The position numbers and the translations under genes are program-made. This document shows positions 24,296 through 38,231 of a DNA stretch of 64,000 nt, piece by piece. The stretch comes from Mizuhopecten yessoensis (Eukaryota), in NCBI RefSeq assembly GCF_002113885.1, contig NW_018406002.1, forward strand, positions 353,958 to 417,957, given 5' to 3'. The notes below the pieces were generated by a model. It worked only from the letters and a program-made list of their open reading frames with translations. It was not told where the DNA came from and searched no databases. The stretch's first letter is position 1; each line of letters starts with the position of its first letter.

Positions 24296-26803
24296 TTTCT
24301 CTATGTCCTTGTCAAGGGTCTCCATGTAAATGTTTACTTTTTTCATAATTTTCCTTAGTTTAGATTTCGAGTTTGAATTACCGCTTTGTTGATACGTTGC
24401 TATTCTTGAATGCACTGTCATTTGATAATCTTGGAATCTTAACGTCGTTTCAAAACGAATCATATAATTATTTAACATATTTTGCGGCAAAGTCAACTAA
24501 GATATTTTTCAGTAAGTTATGAGTACCTCTAAACGTCTTTATATTACTTTAATATCTGACAAGTGTATGCAATCCATATTTTGCCTGCTTCATTTGACAG
24601 TTATACCTACGGTATCGAAGTGGACATTGTATAATATAATATTATACGTATATAGTGCTGGATTCTCGATTGCATTTTTAGTAATTAAGTGCATTGATTT
24701 ATCAGATATTTACATTTACCAAATATATACTGTTCATGATCTTCGGTCGGTTTAAATGTTTTTGAGCACCATTAGTCTCTTGGCAAAAGTACTGGAAGAG
24801 GATGATGAACGCAAAATTTCGCAAACAGTTTTAAAACGTGTTATGTTCCACTCGGCGAAATGTCACTTTCCTCCACACATGTCTTCAGTTACAACATGAT
24901 TAACTCGGCAGTGAAATACAGTGTAGCCCAAAGGAAACAAAGGAAAATATAGACAGAACGTTATAAGATAAATAAATGGTATCACTTATTGCACTATGTA
25001 TTGTATGTTTTATTTATATTGCTGCTTTATTCCACAGTCATATCATTTAAAATGGCACTGTATCGGTTTCTTTTCAGTAAATTAAATTCATCAAAGTCAT
25101 AACCAAGGAAAGCCTTCTGATTCATTATCTATTTTTTTTTGAAAAACGAAATACCAGTTAATCCTGTATTTTAGTCTTTCCGAATACTGTTTAATGATAA
25201 AGATACAGACCTGTCTCGTATGTATCCGTCTCTAAGACTGCACAGGAATCTGTATGAACAACGTTTTATCGCTGGCGGCTTCGCTAGTTGTTCAATCAAG
25301 CCATTATCCAAACCTCTATAATAGTTTCAGTAAATCAGGTTTACAGCCGTATTGTGACACTGAATTCGCCAAAAGCGGATGTAATTAATTTTAAAAAAGA
25401 TTCTAAAAACATTAAAAGATCTTTTGATCAAACTTGAACATGTTTTGCCTAAAAAAATCTATTTTCTTTTTCCAAGCGGCACACTTCCAAACCTCAGACC
25501 AAAATGACGGAACTCATTTTCGATTGCTTGGAAAAGAACATTCTTTTAAAAAAAATGGCACAAGTTGTTACAAGTATAAGATTGGGTAAAATTCAAAATA
25601 GCTCTGAGATGGAAAGACTATTTCTGTTTAATATACTGAGGAGGATTTCGTACATATACTTGGATTCCATGTTGACGATAGCTGTGTTTAGATTACAGCA
25701 GACTGTCCTCATACCCTGTGAACAAACAACACTCCTCACTTGGCAGACCTGGCTTTCGTTTTCAAAATTATGAGGCTAAATTAATCGAAAACATATGTAA
25801 GAACAAGAAACAAAGTTCTTCAATTTCGTGTTTAGATATCAATAATGTGTTTCCTTTGATGAAATATTATTACCCTACCAATCGTTTATAGTACCTTTCC
25901 CTTAACTTCAAGAAAAATACGTATTTTCGATGCTCACTTTCTACATGACTAAAACGTATAGCGTATTATAAAAGGATAAACTAAAGTTCATAAAGAGTAA
26001 TAACATGTTTTATTGCGCAGTCGTGCTTTCATTGGACATTGTCTGTTGTTTTCTTTGATGCTTCCTGTGGTTTTATTTACTCTAAGTTGTACACTGAACG
26101 TATATGGAAAGGCGCAGCAATACCTTCAGGTTGTGTATGGACATTTCCCCCCAGAAAGGAAGCATCGTGCTCCTGATGTTTGTAAACACCGTCATCATTG
26201 TTAAACATGACATTCGCTCGAGAGGTCAAGAATTTAAGGGCGGTTACGTTTTTTATTGACTGGACGCCAAGATCCCCAGACAGAGGTACTCCTAATGTTT
26301 TAATCGCGAAAACTATGTCAAGGGCTCAGAAAAAACTTTCTCTTTTTCGGATTTATATCTGTATACACTATACAGTATATCACTGCCCCGAGACATTACT
26401 GTCAACAGAGAGGAGTGGCGGCCACTTGGCCGACTCAGTAGACACACATGTTACGTAAACCTTGTTTATATATCGCCCAACAATTCACCTTATACATAAA
26501 CTACTGTTCGCATCTAAAATCATCTTAAAAAGAACGTTTCTGATAGACTTAGTAATTTAAATGTCGACTCAAACGTCTTGTAAATAATTCTTAGTGTAGT
26601 CGCTTCCGATGTATTTTTACACAGGTTTAATTAAAACCGGAACGTATTTTAGAAGAAGGACACATAATACTGTTAGGAATATTTTTATTGGACGTTTTGA
26701 CTCTGTGATTTCGAGTATTAGTTTGAATTAAATCGTGTTCGATGCCAATTTTAAGCCTGACATAACATTTAGAACTAAAACTGTAAAGCATGATCTTTCT
26801 ACA

Positions 26804-27062
26804 GTCACCTCTACTTCAGCCGTTTACTTCGATCTGAACTTACAATAGGACCAACAGGGTCGGCTTACTTCTAAGCCGTACAGTAGTCGGGACCAACAGG
26901 GTCGGCTTACTAAAATGTACTAAGCTCTACGATAAGAAGGACAACTTCGATTTTCCGATCGGTAACTCTCTGTTTCTTGATAGTAACATCCCTTCGTCCC
27001 AACATATGTCGTCTACATTGCACTGTTGATTCGGTATTCCAAACTTAGCTCCGAACATCATT
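26804..27062 (+). mobile_element. Penelope-like RT thumb fragment from a second PLE lineage (Naiad-like motifs)
   Basis: Translation TSTSAVYFDLNLQ*DQQGRL...TKLYDKKDNFDFPIGNSLFLDSNIPSS...VYIALLIRYSK resembles the PLE consensus SASYLDL...TKLYDKRDDFNFPIVNFPFLDSNIP..PAYGVYISQLIRYAR. Confidence 0.75.
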
Positions 27063-27527
27063 TCCGTTACATAAGTCGTTTACCCTTTCAAACCACCTGA
27101 TTTAATATTCCTAGTACTTTTTTAGGGTCTTTATGCTCATTTTTCATTTGTCCAAATTTCCCGCTAGTTTTATCAATTATGAGTTCGATTTGTGGTATTC
27201 TCATGTGCGTTCAGCTATTTAAATCATGGAAACTGTACAATCTTCAAATTCCGACATTTGTTTTGAAGGACTGTCAGATTCGGGGCTATGTATTTACATT
27301 GATTTCATGTTTCCTCAATCTTTACTATTTTCTTGCATTAATCCATTCTCTCAGCAATTCATTCAGCCATTTACTAAATCTAACAGTTCCATCACTATGG
27401 ATTAGATGGACACTTTATGAAATTTCCCTTAGCCGAGAATACACTTTGTACAGAGCAACTTTGTTAGAAATGTCTGTTTGGAGCCAAAGTTAAAGGTATT
27501 ACACGTCTTTTCCTTATTTTTGTACAG

Positions 27528-27672
27528 ATCACGTGTGTTCCCGTTCCGGTTCCACCATTTCCGGTCCAGAGAGCCAGCTCCATTCACGTCGTCGAGCTGC
27601 CAAGATGTTAATGACGATAGTGGTGATATTCGCCGTGTGTTATCTACCTGTCCACATCCTTAACCTGATCAG
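27528..27672 (+). CDS. Orexin/allatotropin receptor-like GPCR exon (ICL3-TM6)
   Basis: Acceptor ttttgtacag and donor gtaacg. Phase 1 start matches the previous exon. Translation (N)HVCSRSGSTISGPESQLHSRRRAAKMLMTIVVIFAVCYLPVHILNLI(R). Not shown in the ORF track. Confidence 0.92.
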
Positions 27673-28239
27673 GTAACGTGTAACCGTGGATTGCGGTTTC
27701 AGAACCGACTGAAAAAAAATATGTGATAACGAGAGAGATTATGCTGCTCATTGTTAAATAAAGTTTACTGTTAGGGATTATTAGTACCATATACAGTCGG
27801 GGAAAGATATCTGAACCTTTATAAAATCTGAAAGGATATATTGTTTAATTAACCTTCTCTCTTTATGGTCTGGTTATGTGTGATGGGTAATGATGTATTT
27901 ATATGGAGAGTAATGTTCTGTACGGGGACTTTATTGATATCTCGCTTTGAAGTAAATCACTAAGACAAAGTCGTTTATGTCGTGAGGGCAGGCCACGAAA
28001 CATAATTTTTTTTCTAGAAAAAGTCATGACCATTCCTCTACTAGACAATAGAATAAGACATATAGTCAATATGTACCGTCCGGTAAATGTTTCTTTATTC
28101 CTATGTCCATTTAAAGGTTCGTGCACTTTTCTCCAGAGTACTCGATTTTTCGAGCAGTTTTATACGACATATTAAGGTCCATACAACCTCGAGTTCACCC
28201 CATCAAATGTCTACAGTTGTTAAAAATGGTATGTTGTAG

Positions 28240-28358
28240 GTTTACAGATTCGTTCCGCGGTGTAGATGAGACTATCATCATCAACATTGCCCTCATCTCC
28301 CACATCCTCTGTTACGTCAACAGTGCGATTAACCCTGTCATCTACAACTTCATGTCTG
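28240..28358 (+). CDS. Orexin/allatotropin receptor-like GPCR exon (ECL3-TM7)
   Basis: Acceptor gttgtag and donor gtatgt; phase 2 in, phase 1 out. Translation (R)FTDSFRGVDETIIINIALISHILCYVNSAINPVIYNFMS, containing the NPxxY motif. Confidence 0.92.
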
Positions 28359-29503
28359 GTATGTATAGAAAATTGTAATGGACATTTAATTGGCACTTCG
28401 TATTTGATTTTTGAGCAAACATGCATAATAAAACATCATTGCTTTTACCATGATGTGGATGTTGTTTTAAGATTCTTCCATTTGTATATGAACTACATAC
28501 CTGGTAGTTTGTAATGAAATATGAGGTCGTCAACAGACAAAGAATGACATAAAATTAATGCTCAGACAAAGTGTCCTAGATGTCGACGTTGTATTTAAAG
28601 TCTTAAAAGAACATTTAGGGTGATGCCGAAGGTCGGATGTTCTATATAAAACAATGTCGGACATATGACATCACTGTAAAGAATCTAAGCAAAAATCTAT
28701 CAACTCAAGGATTGTTTCTTGCAACTTTTGAGAGAAGTTGATATTCATAAAGAGTAAATCATTGACGTCTGGAGAGAAATGTGTTTGTATGTTTATGCGT
28801 AACTTGTTTTGAATCCTACGGAGACAACCAGATCTGAGAATCTATTATAGCCGACATGCAACTTTCAGCACCCAATCAATTCTTTGAGACTTTGTTTTAT
28901 TTCTTTTGCAAGGAATTTATTACCCAGAATTTAGCGTCAACTCTCTAGACATCACCTCGGTAGAGTTAATTTTGCCATATCAAACTGCAGTTTTTCCCTT
29001 AAAAGGCAGATGGTCGTTGTGCATTACCTTAATGGCGCCTGTCCGTCTGTCTGTCGTCCTGTGAGGAGAATTGGCGGCAGGTGAACGCCTGGTTGGTATG
29101 CATGTCTTTATGGGAAGGAAATTAGTTATCTCTACACTTCGAGTCAAGTTAATGCTTTATTTTACGACGACCGCATAACTTAACACCCGAGGGTCTACAA
29201 GCAAACAAAGTCTTAGAATTGATTCTGATTTGATTTATACTGGGAACAAACGCCCGACTGAATACGATGTGATTATACGTGCCTTGATATTAACGGATTT
29301 TCATTCTGCTATCTCGAGGCAAGGTTATGTTGAATGTTGTATGGATTCTCATCATTAACAGATAAAATAGCACATATTTGATAGCCTTTGAGAGAGAGAT
29401 CGTCGTGCCTGGCGTACATCATACGAAACCTTTCAGTAATCATCTTTTTGTGTCGGCCAAAAGTTGTAAATCCAGAATATATTTGAATCATCGTTTAGGC
29501 TTT

Positions 29504-29889
29504 GCTTAGATACGCAGTCACACTCTATGTCCTTCAATAAGGCATTCCTAAGATACACAGTCACACTCTATGTCCTTCTATAAGGCATTGCTAAGATACA
29601 CAGTCACACTCTATGTCCTTCTATTAGGCATTGCTTAGATACGCAGTCACATTCTATGTCCTTCTATTAGGCATTGCTAAGATACACAGTCAGACTCTAT
29701 GTCCTTCTGTTAGGCATTGCTAAGATACACAGTCACACTCTATGTCCTTCTATAAGGCAGTGCTTAGATACGCAGTCACAATCTATGTCCTTCTATAAGG
29801 CATTGCTAAGATACGCACTCACACTCTATGCCCTTCTATAAGGCATTGCTAAGATACGCACTCACAAACCATTTCCTTCTATAAGGCAT
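29504..29889. repeat. 43-bp minisatellite, ~9 copies
   Basis: Unit GCTAAGATACACAGTCACACTCTATGTCCTTCTATAAGGCATT. Confidence 0.95.
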
Positions 29890-29928
29890 CTTGGCAATGC
29901 CGGTACTGCTGTCAAATGATTATATCTC

Positions 29929-32117
29929 ACTTTGAATATCGTGTGTATGAGCGATAAAACTAGACACGAAAGATGACAAAATTGGGAAATGTAATAACAA
30001 AAAACAATTTAATCGCCATGCTATTAAGACAAACAAATACTACGACACACATGACGTATTGAGACGTCTGTCACAACAGATAATAGGCGGTTGACTTCGT
30101 CGCAAGCTCAAATGTTCGTATTCGTACGCATCTAGAAAATCTAAAATTAATTAGACCGTTCTTAACCGTTCTCTCCGATCGATAATTCAGTTAACTATAA
30201 TTGATGCCCTACGTAGCATGCTCACCATGTGTTGTAATCGGTCACATACCTACAGCACTCTCGTTTTAAATAGACCCGAAGTTTATAAGATGTTAAGACG
30301 ATACTTAAGTCAAAAGAAAAGGAAAAGAGTTTAAAATGAACAAACAGCAGGAGACACTTTACCAAACGCAGTCACCTAAGGATTAGAATCAGACGTACCA
30401 GTTTTCTTAATCACATTCGAAACTCTCCATAAGGTCTATTGTCAAATTGAGATTAAATTGATGTATCAGTTGATGATGTAGACTATTCAGATGGATATGA
30501 GGGGAGGCTTTTCCAAGTCTGCGCAATTTTAGAGACTAGATAAACGACATGCTCTCAAAGTGTCCTAGACTGTTACTGATACACCAATTTAATCTCAATT
30601 TGACAATGGTCTATCTAAACTAAGAGTGTTGTAGGTATGTGACCGAGTACAACACATGGTGAGCATGCTACGTAGGGCATCAATTATAGTTAACTGGATT
30701 ATCGATCGGAGAGAACGGTTTAGGACGGTCTAATTAAGCAGCCTAGTTAACTGTCACACGACATTAGAAATTACATTTGTTAAGATGGGCACCCCATAAC
30801 GTACAATTTAACCCCGCAACGCTTTCTAAAATGCTGTCATTTGGGATAATAAAATAAGTAGACGTAACAACCAGCGTCATTCCTCAATGGACATAACCTA
30901 GTTTGATAAAGTTTTATGGCCGTTAAAGTATGAAAAGTTGAATTTGTTTATCAATTATAGACTTTTGTTGAGGTGAATATGAGGTTATATACAGTCTCGT
31001 TTATAGGATCCATACACAAACATTTAACCGAAAAAACCCTTCTTTATTGTTATATTAAATTCTAAATAATATTTCAATCATTAAACAATATAGAATAAAA
31101 GAAAATTATAGGGAGGAAATTACTACATTTGGCAGAGAGTATAGGACATTACAATTGAAATAACGTCATAAAGTGAATATTGGCCTGCTGTTTCTAAAAA
31201 TAGTAACACCGAGTTCAATATCACAAATCACCGAAGTCCACGTGACAATGATCCAACCAATGAAAATGTTTGAATATATCAACGGAAGGATTTATAGTTA
31301 GAACCGGTGAGTTTTGTATTCAGTGTTTAAATCCAAAACGATCGCTACAATTTCTCATTTCTCTCATTTCACCCAAATCTCTGAAATAGAATGTGTTGAT
31401 ATGATATGCATGTTTTATTCCCAGACAATTAATTAAAAAGAGTTGTAATACTATGTAAAAACAGCAGTGTCTCATGAGATCAACAACAGATCAAAATTAC
31501 GCATAGTGACAATACATTGCAATGCACATGAGAAATAGATGGTATCCATTGATAATGAACAGCGTTCTATTGTTATGGTTAGATAAACTAGAATTCAACA
31601 CCGAGTCGTTTTAGTAATGTAAGGAACCAAACATACGAAACTATACCACAGTTTAAATTGAATTATTAACATAGAATTCTACTCAACACATGTTACGCCG
31701 ACGCAATAATGCTGTTTCCTGACGAATGGGCTCGATGTCGACGTTGAAGGCGACTATTTATCAATATGTTGTATCCGTGTCTAAACACCTGCTGACACAG
31801 GAAGTGTGTTGTAATCAACGGCTAGCGATAGATTTACATAATTCTGTTATCACGTCATACTTTCATTGCAGGAAAAAAATCTTTGTCGTTACACAACTGT
31901 TTTAGAATTTCTAGATGCGAAGGAATACGAACATTTGAGCCTGCGTCAAAGTCAACCGCCTATTATCTGTTGTGACAGACGTCCTAATACGTCATGTGCG
32001 TCGTAGTATTTGTTTGTCTTAATAGCATGGCGATTGAATTGTTTTTTGTTATTACATTTCCCAATTTTGTCATCTTTCGTGTCTAGTTTTATCGCTCATT
32101 CACACGATATTCAAAGT
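29929..32117. mobile_element. Foldback-like non-autonomous element with ~210-bp inverted arms (29929-30138 and 31908-32117)
   Basis: actttgaatatcgtgtg...cgcatctagaaa is inverted to tttctagatgcg...cacacgatattcaaagt with few mismatches. No internal ORF. Confidence 0.85.
30147..30737. mobile_element. MITE with ~130-bp TIRs nested in the foldback element, itself containing a third inverted repeat (~30438-30608)
   Basis: ttaattagaccg...cactct...aatagacc is inverted to ggtctat...agagtg...cggtctaattaa. The inner pair is attgtcaaattgagattaaattg / caatttaatctcaattttgacaat. Confidence 0.85.
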
Positions 32118-33552
32118 TAAGCAGTGTATTTTGATTAAAAAAACCGAACAGGTATACGAACTAGATAATCAATAATAAATCATTATCTTAGCTGTCCGAA
32201 AATTAAATCACTGTATATATGAAAACAATGTTATTGTCGCATGTTCGGAATCTTATAAATAAGACCAGGTTTTCTGGAAAGGTAAGCGTCTTCTGCTTCA
32301 TTGCCGACTCCCGCCATGTACACCTGAACCGAATCTTAATGTCTCGTCCTCACATCGATTACTCGGTCAGTAACAGTAAACCACATAGCATCAGAAATAA
32401 GCCGAATATCCCGTTAAACATATGCTTCTATTGTTACTTTCTCGACATTATATATTTATTATGCAGACAGCAACATTGAATGAGATAATATATATATATA
32501 TATATATAATTTAGCCGTGGACGATTTTTTCCGTTTTTCCCACGCAAACAGTTTTGTCTTTTTCCACGAAGAAACATGGTGAATGATGTGTACTATTTAA
32601 TGAAAAAAATTGTATTCAGAATAAAGTAATTGTTGTCTTACCTGATCTATTAGAACAGTAATCAAATCGTCTTAATTCAGGTTCGGTTCCTGTGGCATTT
32701 ATATAATTTATTTAAACATCTGGGTGTTCTACCATTGCGTTTCCACCAGACAATGAGTTGATTAATATATTGTGTTATTGATTGAACCTCGCATAATACA
32801 CATTGTGGTATGTATTCAAGCTAAAAACAAACCGAAAGAGTTTCTGCAACAAACGTATTCCTTGTGATGGTAATTGTATAATCGATAGAACAATTAACGT
32901 TTGAGGGAACAACTGCTCTGTGGCGAATGGCAAAGATCGCATTTTAATCGTCTAAGCCCCAATGAGACTTGTAAACACAGTCAATTGAACAACAAGAAAA
33001 ATGCAAACCAAAGCGACTTAATTCTAATTGTATGCCTTACATATTGTTGCGCCATCGTTGTTTACGTTTCCGTTAACCATGTTTGAACATTTTAAAAAGA
33101 TAAACAATCAATAGTACACATCACCCTATTTTGGTGCGTTTTTGAAAAGGAATAAAACACAGTAATACAGTTCAACTGTAGGTTTTTATTACGTCATTTA
33201 TAGTTTATGTTCTCTAGTTACCCTATTTATCTGTACAAAACCTAAATAGGTTCCTGGTGACGCAAAGGGCGTCACTGTAGGTCTACACAAGTTGGACAAC
33301 TTTTCTTAGAAGTATATTATCATTGACAACATTGATTGACCTTTATGTAAGTCAGAGACTGTTTTAGTTTTCCATTATTTTGTAAATTTTACTTTGTTTA
33401 TCTGTTTATGGACTGAAATTTATTTTCAGAACATAATGTTACAATACATATTCATCAAATTGGAACATATGAACTTTGCTTGTTTGTTTTGTTTGTGGTT
33501 TAACGTCCTCGTAGCAGCCAGGGTCATATGAGGAAGACATGGAAGAAAAACC

Positions 33553-33612
33553 CCGATACTGCAGGGGGAACCTCCGATACTGCAGGGGGAACCTCCGATA
33601 CTGCAGGGGGAT
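33553..33612. repeat. 21-bp tandem repeat, 3 copies
   Basis: CCGATACTGCAGGGGGAACCT. Confidence 0.9.
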
Positions 33613-36600
33613 CTACCTTCGTCGCTTTTAACGATACAGATTGAGAGGGATACAGCAGTCCTATTGGGTTTCCTCAATGTTCCCTTGATAGAAGACAAGA
33701 AAGAAACCAGCGCGATTCTGCACGGGTGGGTGGGGTATACTTATACAGTTTAGCCAGTTCAAGAGACCAATTTATTGAGGAGACTACATTTAAATCTTGC
33801 AATTTTTATTTTAGGTTAACCAGTATTAAGAGACCATCTGTATTAAGAGATCGCGTAATGGTATATGATTTATGAATACAGAATGAATACAAGATGTCAA
33901 TTTGCATTGTTAAGAAATAAATGGTATTATTTTCAGTATCTAAAAAGTTCTATACTTTAAATAAATATCATCAATGGAATAAAGTTTACGGAATACTGTT
34001 AAAAATATACAGTTTCGTACTTATTGTGAGCATGCATATCCATATATATTATTCATTCCGGATATTTGTAGTTTTCACTAACAGTTTTATCAATTATATT
34101 GACCAGACAGACACTCAAGGAACGACGTCTGTAGTTATGATATTATTATTTTGTTACATACAAGGCTGCAGTTGCGCACAAAAAATATAGAACCTTATAT
34201 CACTTTCAGACAAACAGATTACCATTTTCAACAAACAGTTACACCAATGGTCATGGTCTATAATGTCTTAATATATTCCATTCCCTATAATGATATATGC
34301 CCTGTTCGGAAAAAAAATTAAACGGTTTTCTGTGATCCATGTTAATTACCTGGCAATTAAATTGCCATGTTTTGCTAGTGTTTACCCATTTTCAATTCCC
34401 GTTGTTTTCTAATACAATATAGGTTTACCCATATTATCATTATATTGCAGTAATCATATATACAAACGCGTTAAAAACACGTAAATAATATCAATGCTCA
34501 CCCCTTTACACACTATAAAAAAAGGAGATATGGAGATTCCCATACAATGCTTTGTACAAACTAAATGCATGGGTAGGGGCAACAAAAAGTCTGCTGCTTT
34601 CACAAATTGCGTAGTTACAAATGCTTACCCTGTTTACCCTTCTGTACAGACTATAGCTATTCCTGGAATTCCTTGTTGTCTGTTGCTGGTAGCATTACTC
34701 ATTTTATCGCCGTCTGATCGTGCACGGTTTTGTGTTTGGTGTTCCTCTGAGACCAATCTTTCGTTTCATAAAAATCAGAATAATGACAACTGCACCTGCC
34801 TCTATCTTCCTTTACGATATGAAAGGTGTAATAATGTAGACACCCAATCGCAATTTGTGTGATAATAATTTAAATTACAGATAAATATGTTAGACATTCT
34901 ATTGGCCGAAATGGAATATGCCTGAATGATGATTCATTTTCGTTCCCATTTGTCCTCAATAAGGGTGTCAAACTGCTCCCTAAATTGAATTTCTAACGCT
35001 GTCCGCTCCAGTCCGCTGCTCATAAGTGTATTCATTAAAATATTCTTGTTGAAATGCACACATTTCAATGACGTCACATTGTTTACAAAGTCTGAGTGTT
35101 ATCTAAGCACGTCCATGTAACAACCGGTGAAAATAGACAGATTATACATCTCTCGTGGGGGTCCATTTGTAAAAACAGATTCACGATAAGAATTCTTTGT
35201 CAATTTGGCGTGTTATAAGGTTGAAAATCAACATTATGCTGCCTGAGTGACCAGCAGGTGTATGAAGTTTGACCGCAATTAAATGACTCATCTGTGTTCA
35301 CCTGTTCGTACTTTCATTTATATATAATGTCTTACAGTTGTTGACATACTCGTTTTGTTTGTTCGTCACTTTAAAAGTTTAACAAGCTTGCCATACTTTC
35401 AGTAACGACAAATCTGTTCAACGATACATGTACGAAAAACTCTATTCTGTGTTTTAAATTTCATTGGTAGCTTCCATGATTTGATAGCTAATATCCACAA
35501 ATATGTTATAAAATAATATCATTGCATTTCTAATATATTTACTGCCTCATGCAACGTAGCGTGTTTTGTACAAATAAACTTGCAGATAAGGGTATCGGCA
35601 GAAAAAGATGGCAAACGTTTTTTTTAGGTTGCCAAATGTTCGTAAAGGTGCGGCTAATGATACCATACCACCCACACAGAAGAACAAGCGATATATAAAA
35701 ATATTTATCAACTCTCACACTGTGTTTTTAGGGATGGCCTCACAAGCGAGCGGTGAGAAAATTGTTCGAATGACGAACCCTGAACATATTGTGTGAAAAA
35801 CAGTCTATTTCTCTATTCATAAAAATCCAACTAAATACCTTTTCCTCCAAATGGCTTCTAGCCTAAAATGAACAGATCAAACGTAAGTGTATAGAAGATT
35901 TGCGTGGTGGAAAACCATGAACCTAAAAAAATGCCTAACTTAATCTGTCGGCAATATTTTAAAATCTTTTTTATTGCAAATAATGTGATTTCGATAAAGA
36001 TATCTTCCTTTGTCGAACATTATTAAAATAAGTCGATAGCGCTTTCGCCTAGCTACAAGACGAACTGAATTAATTCCCAGATCGGATGCGATAAGGCTTT
36101 GCGGTCACCTGTCATCCCGGGTAGTCCGGTTGACTCCCACATCGAGATCTGTGTGCTGTCATGTGGACCAAAACGAGTAATTGCTGTTAATTGATAAAAT
36201 GATGTCCGGATTGTTTATAAAAAATAAATAAATTGACGAATTGCAACCCATTGCAGATTCTGACAGCTCAAACGGTAAAAATAATGTAAAGTTATTGAAA
36301 ACCACATACATGTATCAAATGGAAACCAATTAAAGCCGAAAAAATACCTGGATCGAAACATTGGTATCCCCACGCATTCCAAAACCCGTTGATCGATCCC
36401 GTATTTGCAAAGTGAATTTCCGCTAGACTTATAAAAAGACAATTTTCAATAAATATAAGGAATGAATTTGATCAAAAATAATATCGAGGGTTTAGACAAC
36501 TTTTAACCATTTCATAATTTTGTCCAGAAAAAAAATCACCGTTCATGTTTATCTGACAATATATCTTTCATGCTATTTGTAAAAAAATCTCTAATCGAAA

Positions 36601-37992
36601 GGTTGTTATCTTGTCTAAAATAAACCGTATTGATCAATATGATAAAAATACAAAAAAGTATAGAAAACAAAACATGACAAACAAACCCTACTGCATTCCG
36701 AATCAATAGGTCATGTTCCACAAATGCAAATTTTGCTGCTTTCTGATGTAAACATAGCAATCAACGTGTAATCAGACGAAATCCCATGTATTCTCCCGAT
36801 TACTGGTTCAACATTAGAGAGCGGCGATAAATACGAATGATGGACGCAATTCACATTAATCTAAACATTGAACGAACTGCAGAATATGCATTGTCACATC
36901 TCTGTATTAAAATGCTATCAACGCCAGGCCCAGACGTTTCCCCTAAACAATACCTTTGTTTACACTGTCATCATCATGGCGAGGTCTTTGTATTGATTTG
37001 ATCAACAACCCAGCCGTTCTAAGTTTCATCGGATTAACTAGACGTTTAATAATGCACTTTTAAATGTGGTCGTATTTCTGACAATGTGTTTCCATTGGGT
37101 GGTTATCATTGTGATAAAACATATGTAAATTGGTTGTTTTTATCAAGCTCTTTACAATTCCCGGATAACAATAATAATGGGAAAATGGGCTACATGAGGG
37201 TTGCCTACACGATTCTTGTTCTAAAAATATTTGTTTTCAAAAATAAAATAAAAAAATACTCTTCATACATTTGGCTACTTTTCGCATAACCTAAAGCGTT
37301 TTGTTTCCGATAACGTGTTCGAGATTATTTGGAGTACAGAAAAAATCCTCTGTTTATTGTTTTATTTGTAACTGGTCAAATGTTTGCGATGCATATGAGA
37401 TCGTCAGTTGTTTACTTGACATATTTTGTCATGAAATTAATATATGTTATTGACATTTATACAGAGCTGTTCAACAAATACATCTAAATAAATCTATAAT
37501 TTTCGATCCTGTCTTCAGAACAAACGGTGTTTCTCTCTGAGAAATCAACAAACCTAACAAAGTGGAGATGCCGCTCCCAATGTCTATTTGTTATTCTACC
37601 GAAATTCGTCCAGTGCCACGTGATCTTTTCTTTATCCATTAAATCTGTTCTGTTCATGATAAACATAATAATAGGTTTTATTTATACTTTATCACAAAGT
37701 TGAGTCAACGACTCGTCGTACTTTTGGGTCAAATAGTTATAAAATATACAATAATTTACAAAAGTTTCAGGTGACGTGTTCTGTTTCTCAGAGATCATCT
37801 CTATTTTCTTGGTGACTATTTTGACGCATGTTGCTATGTAACATACATGTATACTGTACGTGTTGATATGCCATTTAACTTTCTAATTTTAATCACTAAG
37901 ATAAACACTTAAATTCTTACAAGGAGTTTTTGTCTTTGTAAAATATATTTTATTCCAGCTTTTTATACTGACCCATTTTGTTATAATTTCAG

Positions 37993-38231
37993 CCAAGTTC
38001 CGGAAGGAGTTCCGAATGACCTTGACTTGTTGTCGGTGTCGTCGTCGGCAAAGCTCGTCACTTGTTCCACCGGGTACGACGTCATCCGCACGTAATAGGA
38101 GTTCTATTCCTCGTACAGAAAGATTCACCATGAATACCGTGACGATGAAACAGCCCGGATGGATTACGTCACCACGGTATTCTACCGGAAGTGAGAAAGG
38201 AAATCACATACGAGTGACATCTACCCGATAA
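37993..38231 (+). CDS. Orexin/allatotropin receptor-like GPCR terminal exon (helix 8 and C-tail)
   Basis: Acceptor aatttcag, phase 1. Translation (A)KFRKEFRMTLTCCRC...RVTSTR*. NFMS-AKFRKEF continues helix 8, followed by a Cys cluster (possible palmitoylation site) and a Ser/Thr-rich tail. Confidence 0.9.

Noticed and set aside
32200-37900. Numerous 60-120 aa ORFs
   Set aside because: AT-rich intron, non-ATG starts in many cases, and no recognisable motifs; consistent with chance ORFs.
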